Shown here piece by piece: positions 8,018 to 15,211 of a DNA stretch of 52,464 bases. The DNA is from Parcubacteria group bacterium (lineage in GTDB: Bacteria > Patescibacteriota > Minisyncoccia > Moranbacterales > UBA2206). Under the pieces are notes generated by a model, which saw only the letters and a program-made list of their open reading frames with translations, did no database searches and was not told the origin of the DNA. The translations under genes and the position numbers were made by a program. Every line of letters begins with the position of its first letter. The first letter of the stretch is position 1. The stretch is from positions 1 to 52,464 of the forward strand of contig JBAZSS010000004.1 in assembly GCA_041662285.1 (NCBI GenBank), in the 5' to 3' direction.

Positions 8018-9393
8018 ACTAAATTATCCACACCCCCTAAAAATCCTTTACTCCTCAATTTTCTATGATACCCAATCGCAAAGCGGTGGGCTTCGTTTCT
8101 GATTTGCTCGATTATATTTTGGTCTAATTCTGGAACATTGCCGAATGTTCTCAGATCTAGTTTTTTTCGAGTTGGTCCTTTGGCCACTGCTAAAAGTGGA
8201 ATTTCCAGTTTATAATTTTTCAGAATTCTGCGAGCCATATTAAGATGACCCGCTCCCCCATCAAGCAAAATTAAATTGGGCAACGGCCAGCCTCGCGTCG
8301 ACGAGCGGTCGTCTCCGCGAGTCGAGGCGGGCCACTTATTTTCAAATCGTCGCATCAAAACTTCTCGCATTGCACCTACATCATCCGCCCCATCAACTGT
8401 TTTTATTTTGAATTTGCGATACCGAGCTTTATTTGGCCCAATTTCGCCATATGAATTATCAAACACCACCATTGATCCGACATTAAATTTCCCGGAAATA
8501 TTGGAAATGTCATACCCCTCAATCCTCAAAGTCCCCCTCTCCTTTATAAGGAGAGGGTCGGGGTGAGGTTTGTCCGAAATGAGAGCGATATCCCGAATAT
8601 GCTGCAACGCAAAAATTTTGTTTCTAATTTCCCCCGCCTTTTCAAATTCTTCTTTTTTCGAATACTCGGCCATTTCTTTTTTCAATTTAATTAGCAAGTT
8701 TTTCTTTTTCCCCTCCAAAATCATTCTGATCCCGCGAATATTTTTTTGGTAATCACTTTTCGAAATTGCGCCAGCATACGGCCCAGGACAAAGTCCCAGC
8801 TGAAAATCCAGACACCCCTTTTCCGAATTTTCTTTTTTATTGTGATAGGGAAATATTTTTCTCAATATTTTTAGCGCAATTTCGATTTGTTTTTTACTTG
8901 TATAAGGGCCGAAAATCTTAGTATTTTTTAATTCTTTCGCATTACCCCCTCTCCTTAATAAGGAGAGGGTTGGGGTGAGGTTCCCCAGTTCTGTTTTTCT
9001 GACAACCAATAATCGTGGGAAATCTTCTTTAGTTATAGCAACATAGGAAAATGATTTATCATCTTTCCCGTCAACATTATATTTCGACTGAAATTTTTTG
9101 ATCAATTCTTGTTCCAAAATATACGCCTCCAAAACCGTCTCAGTTTTTCTAATTTCAATATCCCTAACTTCCGAAATCATAATTTCAATCGGTCTTGAGG
9201 TTTGACCCCCCTCTCCTTTATAAGGAGAGGGGCTGGGGGTGAGGTGGCGGGGAGGAAAATATGATCCAACTCGGTCTCTTAAGCTTGTCGCCTTTCCAAC
9301 ATAAACAACTTCACCCATCTTATTTTTGAAAACATACACCCCTGGTGAATTGGGAAATTTAGCTATTTTATTTTTTAATTTTAGCAATTTCAT
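8014..9393 (-). CDS. uvrC: excinuclease ABC subunit C, compact form without a C-terminal (HhH)2 domain, carrying three repeat-derived in-frame insertions
   Basis: 459-aa ORF. GIY-YIG (PGVYVFKNKMGEVVYVGKATSLRDRVGSYF), UVR motif (EFEKAGEIRNKIFALQHI) and endonuclease domain (RIEGYDISNISG ... AHRFAIGYHRK). It ends right after the endonuclease domain. Confidence 0.85.
   Translation of the reverse strand: MKLLKLKNKIAKFPNSPGVYVFKNKMGEVVYVGKATSLRDRVGSYFPPRHLTPSPSPYKGEGGQTSRPIEIMISEVRDIEIRKTETVLEAYILEQELIKKFQSKYNVDGKDDKSFSYVAITKEDFPRLLVVRKTELGNLTPTLSLLRRGGNAKELKNTKIFGPYTSKKQIEIALKILRKIFPYHNKKENSEKGCLDFQLGLCPGPYAGAISKSDYQKNIRGIRMILEGKKKNLLIKLKKEMAEYSKKEEFEKAGEIRNKIFALQHIRDIALISDKPHPDPLLIKERGTLRIEGYDISNISGKFNVGSMVVFDNSYGEIGPNKARYRKFKIKTVDGADDVGAMREVLMRRFENKWPASTRGDDRSSTRGWPLPNLILLDGGAGHLNMARRILKNYKLEIPLLAVAKGPTRKKLDLRTFGNVPELDQNIIEQIRNEAHRFAIGYHRKLRSKGFLGGVDNLV
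8533..8570. repeat. GC-rich palindromic element P1 inside uvrC (in frame)
   Basis: CCCCCTCTCCTTTATAAGGAGAGGGTCGGGGTGAGGTT, translated on the minus strand as ...PHPDPLLIKERGT... Confidence 0.85.
8945..8982. repeat. GC-rich palindromic element P2 inside uvrC (in frame)
   Basis: CCCCCTCTCCTTAATAAGGAGAGGGTTGGGGTGAGGTT, translated as ...NLTPTLSLLRRGGN... Confidence 0.85.
9206..9247. repeat. GC-rich palindromic element P3 inside uvrC (in frame)
   Basis: CCCCCCTCTCCTTTATAAGGAGAGGGGCTGGGGGTGAGGTGG, translated as ...HLTPSPSPYKGEGGQ... Confidence 0.85.
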
Positions 9394-9431
9394 ATATTTT
9401 TATTCAGTGTAATCAGGATAATCAGTGCGAA

Positions 9432-12317
9432 TCAGTGGTTCAGAATTTCTCTCAAATATTTCCCTGTCCAACTTTCTTTATGATATTTCGCCACTTCTTC
9501 CGGCGTACCAGAAACAATTAGTTTTCCCCCGCCGTCTCCGCCCTCCGGCCCAAGGTCAATTATCCAATCAGCTGTTTTTATCACATCCATATTATGCTCG
9601 ATGACCACCACGGTGTTGCCGGCGTCCACCAAACGATTCAAAACTTTCAAAAGTTTTTTGATATCATCAAAATGCAAGCCGGTAGTTGGTTCATCTAAAA
9701 TATAGAGTGTGTCGCCTGTGGCTCGACGAGAAAGCTCAGTGGCTAATTTTATCCTCTGCGCTTCTCCGCCAGAAAGTGTGGTGGCACTTTGCCCCAGCTG
9801 AATATACCCCAAGCCCACATCTTCCAAAACTGCTAGCTTATCATGAATTTCAGGAAAATTTTGAAAAAATTCTCGTGCATCCGTGATTGTCAAATCCAAC
9901 ACTTCCGCAATATTTTTCTCCTTATATTTCACTTTCAAAGTTTCACTATTATATCTTTTTCCATTACAAATATCGCACGGCAGATAGACATCCGGCATAA
10001 ATTGCATTTCGATTTTAAGTTGTCCGTCCCCTTGGCAATTGTCGCATCTTCCACCCTTAACATTAAACGAAAATCTCCCAGGAGAATATCCTTTGCTCTT
10101 AGCATCTCGCGTCTCGGCAAAAAGTTCGCGAATAGGTGTGAAAAGGCCGGTGTAGGTGGCCGGATTAGACCTCGGCGTTCTTCCAATTGGACTTTGATCA
10201 ATCATAATAATCTTGTTGATATAGTGCGCGCCAACAATTTCACTGTGCTTGCCAGGGCGATCCAATGTTCGCATAATGTCACGCGCCAAAGATTTATACA
10301 GCACATCTTCGACCAGGGTTGATTTTCCAGAGCCAGAAACTCCCGTCACGCAAGTCAAAACTTTCAAAGGAAATTCTACTGTGACGTTTTTGAGATTATG
10401 CTCACGCGCTCCGCGCACAATAATAGATTTTTTGTTTTTCATACTCCGCCGAGAAGTTGGGATTTCAATGGATAATTCTTTTCGAAGATACTTAGCCGTA
10501 AGTGATTTTTTATTCTTCAAAACTTCCTGCGGTGTTCCAGAAGCGATAATTTCTCCGCCGTGACGCCCCGCTCCTGGACCAATATCCACCAAGTAATCGG
10601 CTGCTAACATTGTTTCTTCGTCATGTTCAACCACAATCAAAGTATTGCCAACATCGCGCAGTCGCAAAAGTGTTTCCAAAAGTTTAGTGTTATCTCTAGC
10701 ATGAAGCCCGACTGATGGTTCATCTAGAATATAGAGTACGCCAACTAATTGCGAACCAATTTGCGAAGCCAAACGAATTCTCTGCGCTTCTCCACCCGCC
10801 AAAGTTGCCGCGCTTCGTCCCAGTGTCAGATATCCCAGTCCTACATTTTCCAAAAAACTCAAACGATTTTTAATTTCGGTGAGAATTCTGCCTGCAATCA
10901 ATTCTTCTTTTTGACTAAATTTCAATTCCTTGAAAAATTTCAACGCTTCAAAAATACTCACCGAAGAAATTTCTGAAATATTTTTGTTATGCACTGTCAC
11001 CAAAAGAACTTCTTTTTTATATCTTACACCAAGACACTCCGAGCAAGGATTTTGCGACATATATTTTTCCGTGTCTGCACGCACCGCATCTGATTGCGTT
11101 TTCTTATATTTATCTTGCAAATAGCCAACCGCTCCGCGCCAATTCATATTATATTTCCAAACCGCCCCTGTTTTTGAGCGTAGTGTCACTGGGATCTGCT
11201 CGGCATTTTCTTCTGAAATCATATCTTTCGCATCTTTGTCTCCAAAGAGCAAGATATTAAAATCTTCTTCCGACAAATCTCGCAAGCGCGTATTTTCTGA
11301 GATATGAAAATGATTTGTCACAGCGCGAAGGATTGTTCCTTGCCAATTATTTTTCTTATAACTCCACGGCATAATTGCCCCTTCAGCAATAGTCTTGTTT
11401 TTATCCGGTGCCACAAGTTGTGGATCGATTTCTTTTTTTGTCCCTAATCCTTCACAAGCTGGGCAAGCCCCATAGGGGCTATTGAAAGAAAACAATCGCG
11501 GTTCCAGTTCCGGAAATTCAATTTCATGAATCGGACAAGCCAAATTTTGATTGAAAACCATTTCATTAACCTTTGACTTTTGACCTTTGACTTTTGACCT
11601 TATTTTAACTAGTCCTTCTGACAATTTCAATGCTTTTTCTACTCCTTCAAAAATCCGCGAAATATTTTTGTCCGAAATTTCAACTTCATCCACCAAAATA
11701 TCAATGCTATGCTTTTTATATTTTTCCAGTTTCATCTGCTCTTTTATCTTGGCATTAAGTTCAATTTTTTTTCCATTGACATAGGCAAAAGAATATCCAC
11801 GTCGAAACATCTCTGAGAGCATAGTGCCGTATTCCCCTTTTCTTTGCCTGACAACTGGCGAAAGAATTTCAATTTGGCATTCTCCGCACATATCAATTAC
11901 CCTATCCACAATTTCATCTACCGAAAGCCTAGTGATTTCTCGATTACACTCCGGACAATGAGGAATTCCAATTTTAGCATAAAGCAACCGCAGATAATCC
12001 TGAATTTCCGTCACTGTGCCCACAGTGGAGCGTGGATTATGCGAAGCCGCTTTTTGATCAATCGAAATGGCCGGTGAAAGGCCTTCAATATAATCGACAT
12101 CCGGCTTGTCCATTTGACCCAAAAACTGCCGAGCATAAGAAGACAAACTTTCCAAATAGCGCCTTTGACCTTCCGCAAAAATTGTGTCAAAAGCCAGCGT
12201 GCTCTTGCCAGAACCGCTAATGCCCGTGAAAACTATGAATTTATTTCTCGGAAGCTTAAGATCAATATTTTTTAAATTATGTTCTCTTGCTCCTTTAATA
12301 ATAATCTCGTCTTGCAT
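9432..12317 (-). CDS. uvrA: excinuclease ABC subunit A
   Basis: 961-aa [71 protein letters not shown]. Two ABC signatures ([24 protein letters not shown]) and zinc modules. Confidence 0.95.
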   Translation of the reverse strand: MQDEIIIKGAREHNLKNIDLKLPRNKFIVFTGISGSGKSTLAFDTIFAEGQRRYLESLSSYARQFLGQMDKPDVDYIEGLSPAISIDQKAASHNPRSTVGTVTEIQDYLRLLYAKIGIPHCPECNREITRLSVDEIVDRVIDMCGECQIEILSPVVRQRKGEYGTMLSEMFRRGYSFAYVNGKKIELNAKIKEQMKLEKYKKHSIDILVDEVEISDKNISRIFEGVEKALKLSEGLVKIRSKVKGQKSKVNEMVFNQNLACPIHEIEFPELEPRLFSFNSPYGACPACEGLGTKKEIDPQLVAPDKNKTIAEGAIMPWSYKKNNWQGTILRAVTNHFHISENTRLRDLSEEDFNILLFGDKDAKDMISEENAEQIPVTLRSKTGAVWKYNMNWRGAVGYLQDKYKKTQSDAVRADTEKYMSQNPCSECLGVRYKKEVLLVTVHNKNISEISSVSIFEALKFFKELKFSQKEELIAGRILTEIKNRLSFLENVGLGYLTLGRSAATLAGGEAQRIRLASQIGSQLVGVLYILDEPSVGLHARDNTKLLETLLRLRDVGNTLIVVEHDEETMLAADYLVDIGPGAGRHGGEIIASGTPQEVLKNKKSLTAKYLRKELSIEIPTSRRSMKNKKSIIVRGAREHNLKNVTVEFPLKVLTCVTGVSGSGKSTLVEDVLYKSLARDIMRTLDRPGKHSEIVGAHYINKIIMIDQSPIGRTPRSNPATYTGLFTPIRELFAETRDAKSKGYSPGRFSFNVKGGRCDNCQGDGQLKIEMQFMPDVYLPCDICNGKRYNSETLKVKYKEKNIAEVLDLTITDAREFFQNFPEIHDKLAVLEDVGLGYIQLGQSATTLSGGEAQRIKLATELSRRATGDTLYILDEPTTGLHFDDIKKLLKVLNRLVDAGNTVVVIEHNMDVIKTADWIIDLGPEGGDGGGKLIVSGTPEEVAKYHKESWTGKYLREILNH
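11570..11601. repeat. 14-nt tandem repeat (2.3 copies) inside uvrA, in frame
   Basis: CCTTTGACTTTTGACCTTTGACTTTTGACCTT on the + strand, encoding SKVKGQKSKV. Confidence 0.8.
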
Positions 12318-12337
12318 ATTTTTTATAATTTTATCTT

Positions 12338-12373
12338 ATTCGTACATTCGTACAGATTCGTAATTCGTAAGGG
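12338..12373. repeat. F1 (ATTCGTA-word) repeat, single arm
   Basis: ATTCGTACATTCGTACAGATTCGTAATTCGTAAGGG between lexA and uvrA. No complementary arm nearby. Confidence 0.7.
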
Positions 12374-12467
12374 ACACAAAAACCTGCCCCCTTTTGAGGT
12401 ACTTAATATTAATTTTTATCTTTCAATCATATTACACTTTAGCGCGAATATATGTTTCAATCAAGCT

Positions 12468-13136
12468 TTATAAACTAACGTACTTTACTGGCAAAACTTT
12501 CTTGAAAATTCCGGCAATTAGGATTGAATCGGATGAGTGAATGAAAATTGGTTGATGAATGGTGTTGGTAGATTTTGGAAAAAGTCCGATAATATCTGAG
12601 CTAACTTTCTTGTACCTTTTGATTGTCGCCATACCGTTTATCACGGCTACTACAATTTTTCCTTCCAAATCTTCTCCGTTAGAATATTCATATTTTTCAA
12701 AAATAGCATAATCACCATCATTAATTCCATCTTTATCCATTGAATCCCCAAGAGTCTTCACTGCAAAAAGTTGAGCACTATCCGCTCCGCGAAAAAGCGC
12801 TTTGGAAATTTGCAAAAATCCATCGACATTGTCCTGGGCATAGGCCAAAGCTTCACCACAAGAAGCCAAGCCATAAACTGGAATGGAAAAAATATTTTTT
12901 AGATTGGCAAAACTTTCATTTTCCACTAAATATACTTTTCTATCTTTGTCTCTTTTAATCAAATCTTTTTTCTCCAGAGCTTCTATCACCTGCATCACCG
13001 ATTTCAAACTGTCTCGCACACCTTGCGCTTCCAAATATTTATGCAATTTATAGCTAGTTGGATTTTCCCCGCGTTGTTCAATTAGCTCGCGGATGCTTTC
13101 TAAGATACTTTGTTGTTTGGCTGTTAGTGTTGGCAT
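12468..13136 (-). CDS. lexA: LexA-type repressor (S24 peptidase)
   Basis: 222-aa ORF. N-terminal wHTH, cleavage-region GLASCGEAL, catalytic GDSM serine motif and ATIKRYKK lysine motif. Confidence 0.82.
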   Translation of the reverse strand: MPTLTAKQQSILESIRELIEQRGENPTSYKLHKYLEAQGVRDSLKSVMQVIEALEKKDLIKRDKDRKVYLVENESFANLKNIFSIPVYGLASCGEALAYAQDNVDGFLQISKALFRGADSAQLFAVKTLGDSMDKDGINDGDYAIFEKYEYSNGEDLEGKIVVAVINGMATIKRYKKVSSDIIGLFPKSTNTIHQPIFIHSSDSILIAGIFKKVLPVKYVSL

Positions 13137-13147
13137 AAAATTATGTG

Positions 13148-13242
13148 ATGCTAATCAACTAATAAAAGCTAATCCGCTAATTGCTAATAAATTAATATTA
13201 TTCGCAATTCGCATCATTCGCATATATTTGTAGATTCGCATC
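13148..13242. repeat. F3 (GCTAAT / ATTCGCA-word) hairpin repeat in the lexA leader
   Basis: GATGCTAATCAACTAATAAAAGCTAATCCGCTAATTGCTAAT ... ATTCGCAATTCGCATCATTCGCATATATTTGTAGATTCGCATC. Confidence 0.7.
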
Positions 13243-13257
13243 GTTTATTATTTATTA

Positions 13258-13290
13258 CAGTGATATTCTAGCACTTATCAAATATCACTG
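13258..13290. promoter_or_regulatory. 10-bp inverted repeat CAGTGATATT-N13-AATATCACTG upstream of lexA (candidate operator)
   Basis: Perfect palindrome 122-154 nt upstream of the lexA ATG, followed by a C8 tract and TGTGGATAA. Confidence 0.3.
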
Positions 13291-13421
13291 CAAGCCCCCC
13301 CCTGTGGATAACTTTACCTGCCAGATTTGCTTATTTTATTAAATAGCCCCAACTAAGAATTAGGTTTATTTAACTCAAGCAGTTGAGGATAAATAACAAA
13401 ATAGGCAAATCAGGCAGGTAC

Positions 13422-13458
13422 AAAAAATCCCCCATTTTACTGAGGGATTTCGTTTTTT
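13422..13458 (-). terminator. intrinsic terminator after the thioredoxin-fold gene (bidirectional shape)
   Basis: AAAAAATCCC-CCATTTTACTGA-GGGATTT, with T/A runs on both sides. Confidence 0.6.
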
Positions 13459-13492
13459 ATTCTTCGCGTTTATGCTTCGTTTCTTTCGTGTT

Positions 13493-14527
13493 TTAATTGC
13501 AACTTCCGCCTTGTGTTGTAGCTGTGCTAGTGCTAAGAGTCTTGGCACATTCAGCTGGTGCAGTGTTGAAAGCCGCACAGATAGCTTGTTTATAGCTTTC
13601 CGAATCAGCGTATTTATAAACTGCCTTAGTTGAAACACCGTTGATCAGCATCGTTGGTGAACCACTCGCCTGTGCATCAGCAGAAATTTTTTCGTCCGCT
13701 TTCATAAGAGTTGCTCCTTCTGATTTTACACAAGTAGCAATCTTAGTTGAGTTTAGTCCAACACTCTTGGCGCCCGCTTCCCAACAAGCTCCATCACTTC
13801 CACAATTCTTGTTCACATAAGCGACAAAACTCACCCACTTATCCTTGCCGAAATATTTCAAAACACATGCCTCTCTTTCGTTTTGTACCACTTCTTTTTC
13901 TCCGTGCAAAGAATTGATTGTGTCTCCATTGGAACTCACGATATAGTGGAAATTGAAATCAACTTTGTTTTTGAGTAAATTATAGACTGATTGCAAAGTG
14001 TCTTCCGCTTTGTTGCCATAAGGACAAAAACTCATCACAAATAAATCAACTTTTGGTTTGTCAGTTTTTGGCACTTCTTTTTCTGGCTCAGCTGTTTTTT
14101 TCTTTTCTTCTGCGATGGTTTTTTTAGTTTCTTCTATGTCCATCGGAGCGCTTGGAAAGAATTTTTTTCCGTCCAATGAAAGGTAGGAATCAATTTCTTG
14201 TTTCTGATCTCCTTCACCAATTTTTACTTTCACCTTAAACATTCCATTTTCTTTGACCACTTCGGCTATTTCTGCTTTTGTTCCTTCTTGCATCAAATTG
14301 TTGTTGATAAAATCTTCTACTTGCGCCTTAGCCGATTTTTGGGTCAGATTGTTTTTCTTCCACACTTTTTCATAATAGCCCACCCCAGCAATAAGGATAA
14401 TCAAAACGATCACTCCAATCACTTGTGGCAAAAATTTCTTGTATTTTTCGCAACCACACTTTCCCTTTTCACAGCAATCCGCTGTTTCTGCTGTTTCAGG
14501 TTCTTTTTTTTCTGTTTCCATTTCCAT
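13493..14527 (-). CDS. membrane-anchored thioredoxin-fold (DsbA-like) protein with a Cys-rich cytoplasmic N-terminus
   Basis: 344-aa ORF. DCCEKGKCGCEK, then a TM helix (VIGVIVLIILIAGVGYY). Extracytoplasmic domain with FVMSFCPYGNKAED and several further Cys. Confidence 0.5.
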   Translation of the reverse strand: MEMETEKKEPETAETADCCEKGKCGCEKYKKFLPQVIGVIVLIILIAGVGYYEKVWKKNNLTQKSAKAQVEDFINNNLMQEGTKAEIAEVVKENGMFKVKVKIGEGDQKQEIDSYLSLDGKKFFPSAPMDIEETKKTIAEEKKKTAEPEKEVPKTDKPKVDLFVMSFCPYGNKAEDTLQSVYNLLKNKVDFNFHYIVSSNGDTINSLHGEKEVVQNEREACVLKYFGKDKWVSFVAYVNKNCGSDGACWEAGAKSVGLNSTKIATCVKSEGATLMKADEKISADAQASGSPTMLINGVSTKAVYKYADSESYKQAICAAFNTAPAECAKTLSTSTATTQGGSCN

Positions 14528-14626
14528 ATTTTTTTAATAGTTAACTTATTATTGTTCCTATATTATAAATAATCCCCCAATTTAACGCAAGCAGTCGATT
14601 TTTTTGGTTTTTTAGGAAATAAATAA

Positions 14627-14656
14627 GGGAGCGTGACAAATGATTGTCAGCTCCCC
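14627..14656 (-). terminator. stem-loop after ORF 14690..15037
   Basis: GGGAGC-G-TGACAA-ATGA-TTGTCA-GCTCCC. A 12-bp stem followed on the minus strand by TTATTTATTT. Confidence 0.45.
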
Positions 14657-14689
14657 ACACAGATACGCATTGGATTTTTTCTCCTTTCT

Positions 14690-15037
14690 TCAATTTCTTC
14701 CTACGAAACGGTTTTTAAATTTTTCAATATCAGAATCATCCCCTTTTAATACGATAATAACTTCACCAGTTTTTTCTTCTGGAACTGATCGTAAAAAAAG
14801 TGGGTCTCCTATTCTAGGCAAAATTCTGGTATCTGGAAGTCTCTTCCCGGTTTCATCAAACACAGAATCTGGACAATATATATTATGGTTCAATATAAAA
14901 TTATCCACTTCACCAGAATTAAAATACCTCGCAGGAACTCTCATCGGCTCCCCTACGTGCCAGCACATAATTTTCACCTTTTTCCTTTCTAAAGAATTAA
15001 AGAACAAAAAAATCATGCCGAAAGACATGATCACCAA
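14690..15037 (-). CDS. hypothetical small protein with an N-terminal hydrophobic segment
   Basis: 115-aa ORF co-directional with the operon. Its composition is far more protein-like than the overlapping + strand ORF 14640..15059. Confidence 0.45.
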   Translation of the reverse strand: MVIMSFGMIFLFFNSLERKKVKIMCWHVGEPMRVPARYFNSGEVDNFILNHNIYCPDSVFDETGKRLPDTRILPRIGDPLFLRSVPEEKTGEVIIVLKGDDSDIEKFKNRFVGRN

Positions 15038-15170
15038 TAAAATTTTTGTATTTATTTGATAAATAAATCAAAAACATACTATTCAAATTTATTTTTTATT
15101 TCCCCCGAACATCTGCCTATACTTCTATTTTATTCTTTCTTTGAAAACTTGCAAACTAAAGTTATCCACA

Positions 15171-15206
15171 CCCGCCCGCAACGCTTCGCGTAGCGATGCG
15201 GGCGGG
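15171..15206. repeat. GC-rich palindrome immediately 3' of uvrB
   Basis: CCCGCCCGCA-ACGCTTCGCGTAGCGA-TGCGGGCGGG. 10-bp outer stem and no U-tract on the minus strand. Preceded by TTATCCACA. Confidence 0.6.
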
Positions 15207-15211
15207 GCCCG

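Noticed and set aside
9843-10322. A 159-aa + strand ORF, and many similar 60-130 aa ORFs, inside uvrA, uvrB, secY, the ribosomal genes and others (e.g. 255..644, 5150..5398, 13375..13638, 40885..41235, 44967..45350, 47134..47547)
   Set aside because: All are nested in or antisense to ORFs with unmistakable conserved-family sequence. They show low-complexity shadow-frame composition.
14640-15059. A 139-aa + strand ORF overlapping the minus-strand ORF 14690..15037
   Set aside because: Its composition is S/F/L/P-rich in the way typical of antisense frames in AT-rich DNA. It runs against the direction of the surrounding operon and has no SD.
8024-15170. A replication origin suggested by perfect DnaA boxes
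   Set aside because: - The boxes are separated by 2-5 kb and are not clustered.
- There is no dnaA/dnaN, and no AT-rich unwinding element beyond the general AT-richness.
- The boxes sit inside a co-directional gene cluster.
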